Origin: an uncultured Clostridia bacterium | GTDB lineage: Bacteria > Bacillota > Clostridia > TANB77 > CAG-508 | Length of the DNA stretch: 64,000 nucleotides | Reading direction: 5' to 3' | NCBI GenBank assembly: GCA_947630065.1 | Contig: CANRGE010000004.1 | Span: forward strand, 9,149 to 73,148 | Shown here: piece after piece, positions 48,092 to 57,545 of the stretch | Layout of the letters: every line of letters begins with the position of its first letter | How positions within the stretch are numbered: the stretch's first letter is position 1 | The notes under the pieces: generated by a model | The model's database searches: none | What the model saw: the letters and a program-made list of their open reading frames with translations, nothing else | Told to the model about the DNA's origin: nothing | Translations under genes and position numbers: made by a program

Positions 48092-48490
48092 TTAATTTCT
48101 AAACCCTCTTACTACAATTGCAAATATTAAAGGTAAAACTTGACAAATTACAAATATTGTAACAAAGCTTATTATTAACAATAAGCCTCTGTCTCTGACA
48201 TCTAATTTTCTTATTCCTATTACATATTGCCAAATAGCTCCTACTGCTATACCTATAAAACAAAGTGGTATACTATATATTCTAACTTTATTTAACATAT
48301 ATGCTGTTAAACCATATGTTTCTGAACCATATAATTCTGTATAATCTTCTAATTCTTTTTTTTCTTTTTCTTTTATTTCTATTAATTGGCCTGTTGCTTC
48401 TTCATTTAATACTGTATCATTTGCTGCTTGTACATATCCTGTTAAAAATACACTAAATACTATAAGCATAGATACTATTATTTTTTTCAT
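48092..48490 (-). CDS. Small membrane protein with signal peptide
   Basis: ATG at 48490 lies 8 nt after AAAGGAG. It has a signal peptide (MKKIIVSMLIVFSVFLTGYVQA) and two C-terminal TM helices. Confidence 0.55.
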   Translation of the reverse strand: MKKIIVSMLIVFSVFLTGYVQAANDTVLNEEATGQLIEIKEKEKKELEDYTELYGSETYGLTAYMLNKVRIYSIPLCFIGIAVGAIWQYVIGIRKLDVRDRGLLLIISFVTIFVICQVLPLIFAIVVRGFRN

Positions 48491-48608
48491 GTAGTTTGCT
48501 CCTTTCATTTTTTTAACTCAATTTATAATTTTACTTTAATATCATACAATACAATCTAAAAAATAGCAAGAATTTATCAAAAAGTTTTTTTAATATAATA
48601 GATTTTTT

Positions 48609-48777
48609 TATATAATAGGAAAGTTCTACTTTCCTATTATATAAAAAAATAACATTGCACAGAAAATTTACTTTGTAAATTTTCGCGTCAACAAATCTTT
48701 ACGCTTCTTTGAGACCTTGAATTTAGATAGCAAACTTTAAGATGTAGAGAAAAGGTCTCGTGAAGCGAGATTTGTTC
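48609..48777 (-). repeat. Dispersed structured repeat family 1, copy E, plus hairpin 3
   Basis: Hairpin 3 at 48609-48643, 5 nt, then the 129-nt core at 48649-48777 in reverse orientation. Confidence 0.9.
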
Positions 48778-48872
48778 TTCGTATTGATTGTTTTCCTATT
48801 TTATTACTTTTATATACTATTCTAATAGTCATACTAATTTATTAACGGTGTTCAAATTGAACACCGTTTTGG

Positions 48873-49121
48873 TTATGCGGAAAAAATTTTTTCAATATTT
48901 TTTGCCTCTTTTAAAGCTTCTCTCCCAATCAACTGCATTTTTTCCTCTTCGTCAGTAACAATCTTATTTAAGCCAACAACAAGAGTATCGTTTTTAATAT
49001 TTACAACACAATACCCCACCAATGAAGAAACAAGTTTTTTTGAATTTATAGCTATCAAATCAAAACTGTAAACTCCTTCATCATTTCTTGTCCGAAAAAC
49101 TGTCGAAACACTTATCTCCAT
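48873..49121 (-). CDS. Hypothetical 82-aa protein
   Basis: ORF with SD GGAGG upstream and the promoter TTGATT-N17-TATAAT. Slightly higher GC than its surroundings. Confidence 0.5.
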   Translation of the reverse strand: MEISVSTVFRTRNDEGVYSFDLIAINSKKLVSSLVGYCVVNIKNDTLVVGLNKIVTDEEEKMQLIGREALKEAKNIEKIFSA

Positions 49122-49266
49122 AACCTACCTCCAAAAAATAATATTTTAATTACTACAACTGTATTATAACGCAATTATCATTCAAAATCAATATATTTGA
49201 ATTGCAGGCTAACTACAAATTATAATTACAAATTCCACCTACATATGAAATATTTGTTTGTTTTTA

Positions 49267-49295
49267 TTGCTTTATTGTAAAATATGTGTTATGCT
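49267..49295 (+). promoter_or_regulatory. Extended -10 promoter for the small hydrophobic ORF
   Basis: TTGCTT (49267-49272), a 17-nt spacer ending in TGT, then TATGCT (49290-49295). Confidence 0.5.
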
Positions 49296-49370
49296 ATCTG
49301 ACATAGGAAATGATAATAACAGATGTGGTTTTGCCACCAATTTTTACGAATCTTCGTAGGAGAGGTGGTG

Positions 49371-49490
49371 ATGTTTATGGTTAAAGTAATACTACTTTTT
49401 ATAATAGCATTTATGCTATCTTTAACATTAAACGTTGCCTTGGCTACAGTTCTGTATAAGAACTGGGTTAATAAGCAACTACATAAATAA
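49371..49490 (+). CDS. 39-aa hydrophobic peptide, candidate type I toxin
   Basis: Sequence MFMVKVILLFIIAFMLSLTLNVALATVLYKNWVNKQLHK. The SD AGGAGAGGTGG can pair with an upstream GCCACC (anti-SD). It is too short to appear in the ORF track. Confidence 0.45.
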   Translation: MFMVKVILLFIIAFMLSLTLNVALATVLYKNWVNKQLHK

Positions 49491-49492
49491 AG

Positions 49493-49534
49493 AAATAAAC
49501 CATTCTGCTATGCTAGGCTAATGGTTTATTTTTA
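49493..49534. terminator. Bidirectional terminator shared by convergent transcripts
   Basis: AAATAAACCATT-15 nt-AATGGTTTATTT, with T-runs on both strands. Confidence 0.7.
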
Positions 49535-49584
49535 AATCTTTATCTTGGCAAGACCACATATGTGGTTTGTCATTTCCTATATTC

Positions 49585-49613
49585 ATTATACATATGTTAT
49601 TTAATTTTGTCAA
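49585..49613 (-). promoter_or_regulatory. Perfect consensus promoter firing antisense toward the small ORF
   Basis: Minus strand reads TTGACA (49613-49608), a 17-nt spacer, then TATAAT (49590-49585). No protein-coding ORF follows it. Confidence 0.6.
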
Positions 49614-49695
49614 ACGATATTTTTGTCATTACAATAGACATAAAAACTCCTTTAAATAGAAATAAATTAAATAATAACTGGATCTAAAAAATTTT

Positions 49696-49822
49696 AGTGA
49701 AGAGTGAATAACGAATAGTTAATAGTTAATAGTACATAAGTGCTCCTAGAGCCTTTTTATAATTATTAACTATTCACTCTTCACTATTAATTATTCACTG
49801 CGAATTGTTAAATTCGCACTTA
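49696..49822. repeat. tRNA-trailer palindromic element T2
   Basis: Inverted heptamer arms (TGAAGAG TGAATAA CGAATAG TTAATAG ...), then the GCGAATT hairpin and CACTTATGG, directly abutting the tRNA-Leu 3' end. Homologous to 5931..6042. Confidence 0.8.
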
Positions 49823-49905
49823 TGGTACCGATGGTGGGACTCGAACCCACATGGTTTCCCGAACGATTTTGAGTCGTTTGCGTCTGCCAATTCCGCCACA
49901 TCGGC
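49823..49905 (-). tRNA. tRNA-Leu (CAA)
   Basis: GCCGATGTGGCGGAATTGGCAGACGC..., anticodon loop CT-CAA-AA, variable arm, T-loop GGTTCGAGTCC, CCA encoded. Confidence 0.85.
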
Positions 49906-50029
49906 ATATTTTTTTAATACTTATCAATATTAGCATATTTTATTTTTTTTGTCTAGTATTTTAATATAGCGTTTTTATCTAATTTAAAAATATTTCCTAT
50001 TAGATAAAAACGCTAAACTTTTTAATAAA

Positions 50030-52309
50030 TTAATTTTCTTTTTTTATTTTAACATTATAAGTATATACGGTTATTCTTTTAGTTATTACATTTTTCTCGT
50101 CTATTTCTTCATTTATTCTAAAATAGTTTTTATCTATTTGTTCAAATTCATAATTTGCTAAATCTATTAGGCATTTACTTCCTAAATTCATTCCTTCAGG
50201 CAATGTTTTGTGTATATTATCATAATATATACAATTAGAAAAATATAATATTGGCATATCCTTTTTTAAGTTAATTTTATATAAGTTCATTTGTGTTTCA
50301 TCTTCAATTGTGTGTATTGCTTCTTCTGGATTTATATATACTGTTTGAAATCCTACAGCTTCTATTTTTTTAGTTGTTGCTATATATACAGGATGATCAG
50401 TTTTAGCTTTACTATTTTCTAAAACTTCTTCTAATGTTTTTAATTCACTAGTCATTTTCTCTTTGAATTCTTCTGGTGTAGTTTCTTTTGACATGTTTAT
50501 TGTTTGAAGCTTATTCTTTTTATTTTCTCTATGCTTTTTTCCAGCTAATATCTTTGCTTTTGTTGTATCATCTTCTAAATTTCCAAAAATATCAGTATTC
50601 TCTTCTAATAAAATTCTATCTTCTTCTAATTCTTTCTTTAAATCCGTTAATCTTTCATTAATTATGTCTGTATCCTTTTTTAACTTTATATTATTAAGAA
50701 TATCTAATAATTCTGTTGAAGCTATAAACATTGCATCTTTTTGTTCTTTAGTTAAATATCTTTCTTGGTCTTTATCTGCTTGTTTTCCTAAATCTTCAAA
50801 GTCATCTTCATACTTAAATGTTTTTTCTATTTTTTTGTTAGTTACTGTTTCTTCTTGTACTCCTTGATTTAACATTAAATTTTCATCTTTATTAGTAAAC
50901 TTCCAAAATTCAAATATATTCTTTTCATGACTGTCTATTTCATCTAAATATAATGTTGCATTTTTTATTTTTAATTCCATGCTCTCAACTTTATTATTTA
51001 ATGCCTGTACATCTAATTTTAAATTTCTTATAATTACCAATATTTCATCCAAATTTTTATAAATTTCTAATATATCTTCAATGTTATATACTTTCTTTTC
51101 CACCATTTCTTTTATTGGTAATTTGGCATTTCGAACTATTTCTGTTATAATATCTTTCTTTTCTTCTTTTGGTCTTTTTTTGCTTCTCTTATTTAATATA
51201 AAATATTTTACTCTTCCTAGAAAAGTTTTTCTACATTCTAAATATGTTGCTATTTGTCTTTCTTTTTGCAAATATTCTCTTTCTTGTTCTTGTTTTTTAC
51301 TTTGTAATTCGTTTAGCTGTTTTGATAGCTCTTCATTTTCCACTTTTAAGTTTTCAATTTGTTTTTGCGCTTCTTCATATATATCATTTATATTTGTTGC
51401 TAATTCTTCATATGAAATTTTCTTTCCTTTATATTCAAATTCTAATCCTTCAGTTTTACTTATTTTTGCATCAAATTGAAAATGATGTGGCAATTCTGTT
51501 TGCAATATAAATATTGCTTTTAAAAACTTATAGAACTTTATAGCATCTTCTTTATTTGATAATTTTATTCTATAATCACTTTTTATGTTTTCAAAGCAAT
51601 CTATAGTTCCAACTATCTGTATACTTAATATATTTTTTCTATCTCTTACTTCGTAAACTATAGGCCAATCTTTTGCAAAAAGCCATAAGTATTTTTCTAA
51701 ATCTTTTATTTCAGATGCTTTAAGATATTCTTCACTATATTGTTCATAACATATTGGAACATATATTAGTTCTTCTTTTTTCTTTTCAATACATTCATTT
51801 TTCTTTTTTAGTAAATAGAAAAAGCTCCCATATTCTATATCTTCAGTTGTTACAAGCATAAAATATTTATTGTCTATGTCAGAATAGTATATTTGCCAAA
51901 GATAGTTTTCAAAGAATTTAACTTTAAATGGTGTTGTTTTATTAAATGCTTTCTGCTGTTCTTCTATCTCTTCTATTTCTTCTATTTTTACAGATTTTAA
52001 CATTCGTAAAAAAGTAGTATGTCTAATTATATCTGATTCATCTTTTGGATTTATATATGAATATAGTGGTGCTGCTTTGGAAAACTTTTCCTTAATGGAG
52101 TTTAAACGATTTGTTGGTGTTAATAATATTTCTATTTTACTTATTGGTATATATTTATATATTTTATATGTGTTTTCATCATAATTTTTTTGTGGTCTAT
52201 AATCTATGTTTGAATAATCCTTAATCCAATTTGGTATATTGTTTAAATCTAAATTCAAATATTCTAATTTACTTTTTAAATTTTCTTCATCTTCTATTTG
52301 GTTAGACAT
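50030..52309 (-). CDS. Hypothetical 759-aa protein with central coiled coil
   Basis: Long ORF. The heptad-rich middle section runs ENLKVENEELSKQLNELQSKKQEQEREYLQKE. No catalytic motif recognised. Confidence 0.6.
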   Translation of the reverse strand: MSNQIEDEENLKSKLEYLNLDLNNIPNWIKDYSNIDYRPQKNYDENTYKIYKYIPISKIEILLTPTNRLNSIKEKFSKAAPLYSYINPKDESDIIRHTTFLRMLKSVKIEEIEEIEEQQKAFNKTTPFKVKFFENYLWQIYYSDIDNKYFMLVTTEDIEYGSFFYLLKKKNECIEKKKEELIYVPICYEQYSEEYLKASEIKDLEKYLWLFAKDWPIVYEVRDRKNILSIQIVGTIDCFENIKSDYRIKLSNKEDAIKFYKFLKAIFILQTELPHHFQFDAKISKTEGLEFEYKGKKISYEELATNINDIYEEAQKQIENLKVENEELSKQLNELQSKKQEQEREYLQKERQIATYLECRKTFLGRVKYFILNKRSKKRPKEEKKDIITEIVRNAKLPIKEMVEKKVYNIEDILEIYKNLDEILVIIRNLKLDVQALNNKVESMELKIKNATLYLDEIDSHEKNIFEFWKFTNKDENLMLNQGVQEETVTNKKIEKTFKYEDDFEDLGKQADKDQERYLTKEQKDAMFIASTELLDILNNIKLKKDTDIINERLTDLKKELEEDRILLEENTDIFGNLEDDTTKAKILAGKKHRENKKNKLQTINMSKETTPEEFKEKMTSELKTLEEVLENSKAKTDHPVYIATTKKIEAVGFQTVYINPEEAIHTIEDETQMNLYKINLKKDMPILYFSNCIYYDNIHKTLPEGMNLGSKCLIDLANYEFEQIDKNYFRINEEIDEKNVITKRITVYTYNVKIKKEN

Positions 52310-52336
52310 TTTTTTCTCCTTATTTTAAAATACTTA

Positions 52337-53023
52337 TTAAACAATTACACATACTAAAGTGTATATAATAACTTTTATAATATCTTTAAAAAATATTTCA
52401 AAATTTACCATTTTTATTCCCATTTGATTCATTTTTTCATATTGGTCAACTAATTCCTTTAATTGTTCTTTAGTACATAATTGATTTTCTTCTATATATT
52501 CTTTTGCTAAATATTTAGCTTTATACATAGCTTCACTTTCCAAGATACTTCTAATAAAATAATGTATTGCAGATAAAATTACTAATATTGTTAGAAACAT
52601 TGCTGGTTCTTTAATTACTTTTGTTACAGTTAAAATTATTATTGTTGCTGTATATAGCAAATATACGTTAGTAAATATAAAATTAAACCATTGCATTTTT
52701 TTGCTTTGTACTGAATGTAAGCATTCATGTGCAATTGTTTGTGTTTGCATATAATTTTCTTTGGCATTTGATATAATTATTTTATTTGTTTGTACTATAT
52801 ATAAGCTTGCAGTTCCTTCTTTATTTTCTTCTACTTTTACACTTTCATTATTTAATTTTTTTAATATTTCTCTTGCTATTTCTGTATTTTCTGGAAATCT
52901 TTTTACTAATTCATTTAAGTTGGGTTTATTGGCTAATTCTTTTAACTTTTTTATATTTATATCCGACACATAATATAACACTAAAATAGCAATTATACTT
53001 AATACTAATATTATATATTCCAT
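52337..53023 (-). CDS. Membrane protein with HExxH zinc-metallopeptidase motif
   Basis: An N-terminal TM helix, IAHECLHSVQ (HExxH), then two to three further TM helices. Confidence 0.55.
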   Translation of the reverse strand: MEYIILVLSIIAILVLYYVSDINIKKLKELANKPNLNELVKRFPENTEIAREILKKLNNESVKVEENKEGTASLYIVQTNKIIISNAKENYMQTQTIAHECLHSVQSKKMQWFNFIFTNVYLLYTATIIILTVTKVIKEPAMFLTILVILSAIHYFIRSILESEAMYKAKYLAKEYIEENQLCTKEQLKELVDQYEKMNQMGIKMVNFEIFFKDIIKVIIYTLVCVIV

Positions 53024-53031
53024 TTTTTCTC

Positions 53032-53367
53032 CTATTTTAATACATCTTCTACAGCTTCACCTATAATTTTGTTAATATCTGTTAACAATACATTGAATTT
53101 TAATTCTGCATCAAAATATTTTTTCATTGTTTCATTTGCTATTAATTCTACATACAATTCTTGCATTTTTTTGGCCTTTTCTTCATCTTGCTTTCCACCT
53201 TGTATTGTTGAAACTTGAATTTCATATCTTGCTTTTTCAAATTCTTCTAATTTTTGCTCTAATTCTGGTTGAGCCTTTATTTCTTCTTTCATCTTTTTAT
53301 AATTAAGATATTCTTCGCAATGTTTTAACTCATATCCTAATTTATTTACTGTGTCATATATATTCAT
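53032..53367 (-). CDS. YlbF/YmcA (UPF0342) family protein
   Basis: 111-aa helical protein (LKHCEEYLNYKKMKEEIKAQPELEQKLEEFEK), typical of this family. Confidence 0.65.
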   Translation of the reverse strand: MNIYDTVNKLGYELKHCEEYLNYKKMKEEIKAQPELEQKLEEFEKARYEIQVSTIQGGKQDEEKAKKMQELYVELIANETMKKYFDAELKFNVLLTDINKIIGEAVEDVLK

Positions 53368-53439
53368 TTTTCTGCCTCCTTTATTAATTTAAGGTTGAAG
53401 GTATATATTTATTTGCCCTCAACCTATTTTTAATTAATT

Positions 53440-54726
53440 TTATGCATATGCTTGTCTTCTTCTGAAATTTAATAAATTCGTTATTTCCGTATTTTTTGAT
53501 TTTTTTGTTTTTCGTGCTGCTTCTTGTGCAATTTGACGTGCCTGTTTTTCTGCCATTGTTTGACAAATTGCTTTTTGATATACAAAATGCGTATCTTGAG
53601 CTATTTTTGTCCAATTATAATCATTTTTTATTTTTGTTTTTGCTCTTTTTACAACATTATCTGCTAGTTGAGGATTATATAGTAATTGAAGTATTGAATC
53701 TGCTAATGAATTTGAATTTCCTGCATAGCTTTTCATTCCATCTACTCCATGCTCTATTATTTCATTTAAACCTCCTACATCAGAAACAACTACTGGAGTT
53801 CCTGATAGCATTGCTTCTAATGCTACTATTCCAAAAGGTTCATATGTACTAGGGAAAACTGACACATCTGCACATTTATACATTTTGCTTACTTGTTTAG
53901 AATCCATATAACCAGTAAAATAAACTTTGTTTTCAATCCCCATTGCTCTTACTTGTTCTTTTAATTCTTCTAGCATTCCACCTTTTCCTGCTATTACAAG
54001 TTTTGCATCATGATATCCATCTAAAATTTTTGGCATAGCTGAAATTAGATGTTGTATTCCTTTTTCATAAACTAATCTTCCTACAAATAGTATAATTTTT
54101 TCGTTGTCTGAAGCATATTGTCTTCTAAATTCATAATCTTTTTCTATTCCATTAAACATGTTAACATTTATTCCGTTGGCTACTACACTAACTTTTTCAA
54201 ATGGCAATCCAAATAATCTTTGTAGTTCGCATTTCATGTAATTACTATTTACAATAACTTCTGTAGCTTCATATGTTAACATCCATTCTGTATCATTAAT
54301 ATATCTTTGCATTTCATCATGTATTCCTGAATTTCTTCCTGATTCTGTTGCATGTATTGTTGCTACTATTGGTATGTTATATGAATCTTTTAATGTTTTT
54401 GCAGCATATGCTACTAGCCAATCATGTGCATGTATTACATCAAATGGACCTTCTGTTGCTATTAATTGTGTTGCTTTTGCAATCATATTAAAGTTTAATT
54501 GCATAATCCAATCTATAAAATTATTAGGATTAATCATAAAATTATCTACTCTATAAACTTTTACACCTTTATCATCTTCATAGTATGGTGCATTTCCTTC
54601 TTTATAAGTAATAACTGTTACTTCGTGTCCATCTTTTATGAGTCTTTTTGATAAATCATTAACTACTCTTGCAATTCCTCCAACTATTCTTGGTGGATAT
54701 TCCCATGTTAACATTAATATCTTCAT
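53440..54726 (-). CDS. GT4-family glycosyltransferase (alpha-glucan/glycogen synthase-like)
   Basis: MKILMLTWEYPPRIVGGIARVV N-terminus and the C-terminal EPFGIVALEAM (E-x7-E region). Confidence 0.8.
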   Translation of the reverse strand: MKILMLTWEYPPRIVGGIARVVNDLSKRLIKDGHEVTVITYKEGNAPYYEDDKGVKVYRVDNFMINPNNFIDWIMQLNFNMIAKATQLIATEGPFDVIHAHDWLVAYAAKTLKDSYNIPIVATIHATESGRNSGIHDEMQRYINDTEWMLTYEATEVIVNSNYMKCELQRLFGLPFEKVSVVANGINVNMFNGIEKDYEFRRQYASDNEKIILFVGRLVYEKGIQHLISAMPKILDGYHDAKLVIAGKGGMLEELKEQVRAMGIENKVYFTGYMDSKQVSKMYKCADVSVFPSTYEPFGIVALEAMLSGTPVVVSDVGGLNEIIEHGVDGMKSYAGNSNSLADSILQLLYNPQLADNVVKRAKTKIKNDYNWTKIAQDTHFVYQKAICQTMAEKQARQIAQEAARKTKKSKNTEITNLLNFRRRQAYA

Positions 54727-54950
54727 TGGCAAATAGCGCCCCTTCCACGACAATTTTCTTTAGTTTTTTACTTTTAAATGTATTTTATACAAAAATTTAT
54801 CAATTGTAAATAAAATTCTTTACTTTTTTACAAATGTAATATTTTTGTAATATTTTGACAAATTTTTATTTATTTTATTATAATTTTACTTGAATTTATT
54901 TTACTTTTGATATACTATTGTATAGAACATTATACTAAGGAGGAAATTTA

Positions 54951-55760
54951 ATGCCAAGACAAACTAATGATAATAAAATAGAAACTTCAAAAACGAAAAA
55001 AACATCAAAATCAGTATCTAAATTAGAAACAAAATCTACAAAAAAGGTATCTGCTAATAAAAAGAACGAGAAAACTACTAAGGCTAAAAAAGCTACAACA
55101 AAGGAAGTTACTACTTCAAGGAAATCTACAGCAACAAAGAAAAAGTCTACTTCTTCAACCTCTAAAAAAGTTTCCCCAAAAAAAGCAGCTCCTTTATTAG
55201 AATATTATGATTTACCATATAGATATAATGAAACTATAGTTAAGATTTTAGCACAAACTCCTACAATGTTATTTATTTATTGGGATATATCTGATGAAGA
55301 TAGAAAATCATTTTTAGAAAAATATGGTAATAATTTCTTTTCTAAAACCAAACCATTTTTACATGTATATAATGAAACAAAAAATTATAGTTTTGAAGTT
55401 GAAATTAATGATTTTGCAAATAGTTGGTATTTAAAAATTAATGATGCTAATTGTAAATATTCTATTAGTTTATATAGAAAATTTTACACAGCTCCTAATT
55501 CTAATATTCCTCCACTATATATTGCAGAATCAAATAAATTAGATACTCCTAATAATCATATTTTATTTGAAAAGTTTAATCCAAATTTAACTTATAAAAA
55601 TGTAAAAACACATTCTTTATCTACTAAAAATTTTGGAAGTTTAACTTTAATAAAAAATATTCATGATACTCATGATTTATATAAAAGCTTATATACAGAT
55701 AATTTCGAGGAATTTATTGACTCAGCTACTTTAAATCCTTCTAGCTTTTCTAATTTATAG
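54951..55760 (+). CDS. DUF4912-domain protein with K/S/T-rich N-terminus
   Basis: YDLPYRYNETIVKILAQTPTMLFIYWDIS resembles DUF4912. It sits upstream of a GH57 gene, as usual for this family. The family call is from memory. Confidence 0.6.
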   Translation: MPRQTNDNKIETSKTKKTSKSVSKLETKSTKKVSANKKNEKTTKAKKATTKEVTTSRKSTATKKKSTSSTSKKVSPKKAAPLLEYYDLPYRYNETIVKILAQTPTMLFIYWDISDEDRKSFLEKYGNNFFSKTKPFLHVYNETKNYSFEVEINDFANSWYLKINDANCKYSISLYRKFYTAPNSNIPPLYIAESNKLDTPNNHILFEKFNPNLTYKNVKTHSLSTKNFGSLTLIKNIHDTHDLYKSLYTDNFEEFIDSATLNPSSFSNL

Positions 55761-55814
55761 TTTCAGGCGTAATTTAATTTACGCCTCTTAATATTTAACA
55801 AAGGAGAAATTTTT

Positions 55815-57404
55815 ATGGCAGACGCAAAAGGATATGTAAGTTTTGTCTTACATGCACATTTACCATTTGTTCATCACCCTGAAAGTGAAGATTATTTAGA
55901 AGAAGAATGGCTTTATGAAGCTATTTCTGAAACATATATTCCATTATTAAAAAATTTTCAAAAATTAGTAGATGAAAATGTTGATTTTAGAATTACAATG
56001 TCTCTTACACCTCCGCTTCTTTCTATGCTTGATAATTCACTTTTACAAAGAAGATATATAAAATATTTAAAAAAACATATAGAACTTGCACAAAAAGAAA
56101 TAAAAAGAACTTCTTATGATAGTAGATTGAACGAATTATCAAAATACTATTTTGACAGATATTCTAATGATTTACATTTATTTAAAGATGTATATAATTG
56201 TAATTTAATTTCAGCTTTTAAGCATTTTCAAGATATTGGTGTATTAGAAATTATTACCTGTGGAGCAACACATGGTTATTTTCCTATTTTATATGTTAAT
56301 GAAAATACTATTAGAGCACAAATTGGTGTAGGAGTTCAAACGTACGAAAAATATTTTGGCAGAAAACCTCGTGGAATTTGGTTACCTGAATGTGGATATG
56401 TTCCAGAAGCAGATAAATATTTAAAAGAATTTGGTATAGAATATATAATAACTGAATCACATGGTATTTTATATGCTGACCCAACTCCTATTTATGGAAC
56501 ATACGCTCCTATAGTTTCTCCAAATGATGTAATTGCCTTTGGTAGAGATATTGAATCTTCAAGACAAGTTTGGAGTTCTATAAATGGCTATCCTGGTGAT
56601 TTTAATTATCGTGAATTTTATAGAGATATTGGATATGATGCTGATTATGATTATATAAAACCTTATATTGCTCATAATGGTGTTCGTGTTCACACAGGAA
56701 TTAAATATTATAGAATTACAGGAAAAACTGAAAATAAGGATTATTATAATCCTAGATGGGCAATGGATACAGTTGAAAAACAAGCTGGACATTTTTTTGA
56801 TTGTAGACAAGAACAAATAACAAACTTATCTAAAAATATGCATGTTCCACCTATTATACTTTGTCCTTATGATGCTGAATTATATGGTCATTGGTGGTAT
56901 GAAGGTCCTGATTGGTTATATATATTATTCAAAAAAATTTATTATGATAAATGTGATTATAAATTAATTACACCTAGTGAATATATTGATAAATTTCCAG
57001 AAATTCAAGTTTCAACACCTTGTCGCTCAAGTTGGGGAGCTAACGGTTATAGTGAAGTATGGTTAAATCACGCTAACGACTATGTTCATAGACATCTACA
57101 TGTAGCTGGTGATAGAATGGTTGAACTAGCTCACCTATTCCCTAACGAAAAAAATAAGCTAAAAAAATTAGCTTTAAATCAATGTGCTCGTGAATTATTA
57201 CTTGCTCAAAGTAGTGATTGGTTATTTATTATTACAAATGGCACAATGGTTGATTATGCAAAAAAAAGAATTAAAGACCACATTGGTAGATTTACAAAAT
57301 TGTACAATCAAATAAAAGAAAATTGTATAGATGAAACTTTTTTAAAAGATATTTGCAAAAAAGATAAAATATTTCCAGATATAAATTACATGATTTATTA
57401 TTAA
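55815..57404 (+). CDS. GH57-family 1,4-alpha-glucan branching enzyme-like protein
   Basis: GYVSFVLHAHLPFVHHPE N-terminus and the WLPECGY and YDAELYGHWWYEG motifs. Confidence 0.8.
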   Translation: MADAKGYVSFVLHAHLPFVHHPESEDYLEEEWLYEAISETYIPLLKNFQKLVDENVDFRITMSLTPPLLSMLDNSLLQRRYIKYLKKHIELAQKEIKRTSYDSRLNELSKYYFDRYSNDLHLFKDVYNCNLISAFKHFQDIGVLEIITCGATHGYFPILYVNENTIRAQIGVGVQTYEKYFGRKPRGIWLPECGYVPEADKYLKEFGIEYIITESHGILYADPTPIYGTYAPIVSPNDVIAFGRDIESSRQVWSSINGYPGDFNYREFYRDIGYDADYDYIKPYIAHNGVRVHTGIKYYRITGKTENKDYYNPRWAMDTVEKQAGHFFDCRQEQITNLSKNMHVPPIILCPYDAELYGHWWYEGPDWLYILFKKIYYDKCDYKLITPSEYIDKFPEIQVSTPCRSSWGANGYSEVWLNHANDYVHRHLHVAGDRMVELAHLFPNEKNKLKKLALNQCARELLLAQSSDWLFIITNGTMVDYAKKRIKDHIGRFTKLYNQIKENCIDETFLKDICKKDKIFPDINYMIYY

Positions 57405-57545
57405 ACAAGTTTCCAAAAACTCTCTTACAACATAAAATAATGTATATCTAATTGTTTTTTGGTAGATACTAATTTTATATAATTAGTTTTTCTTAATTAT
57501 ATAAAATGCTACATTAGTTTTTGTTCTGAAGGGAGTTTTTTTAGT

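Noticed and set aside
49310-49384. 24-codon upstream ORF (MIITDVVLPPIFTNLRRRGGDVYG) as a mok-like translational coupler for the small hydrophobic ORF
   Set aside because: Its ATG lies only about 8 nt from the predicted transcript start with no properly spaced SD. It is noted but not called.
53384-53614. Minus-strand 76-aa ORF
   Set aside because: It is an out-of-frame overlap with the 3' end of the GT4 glycosyltransferase gene, and its translation is basic and low-complexity.
56559-56816. Minus-strand 85-aa ORF inside the GH57 gene
   Set aside because: It is an antisense shadow ORF, Ile/Asn/Ser-rich, with no SD.
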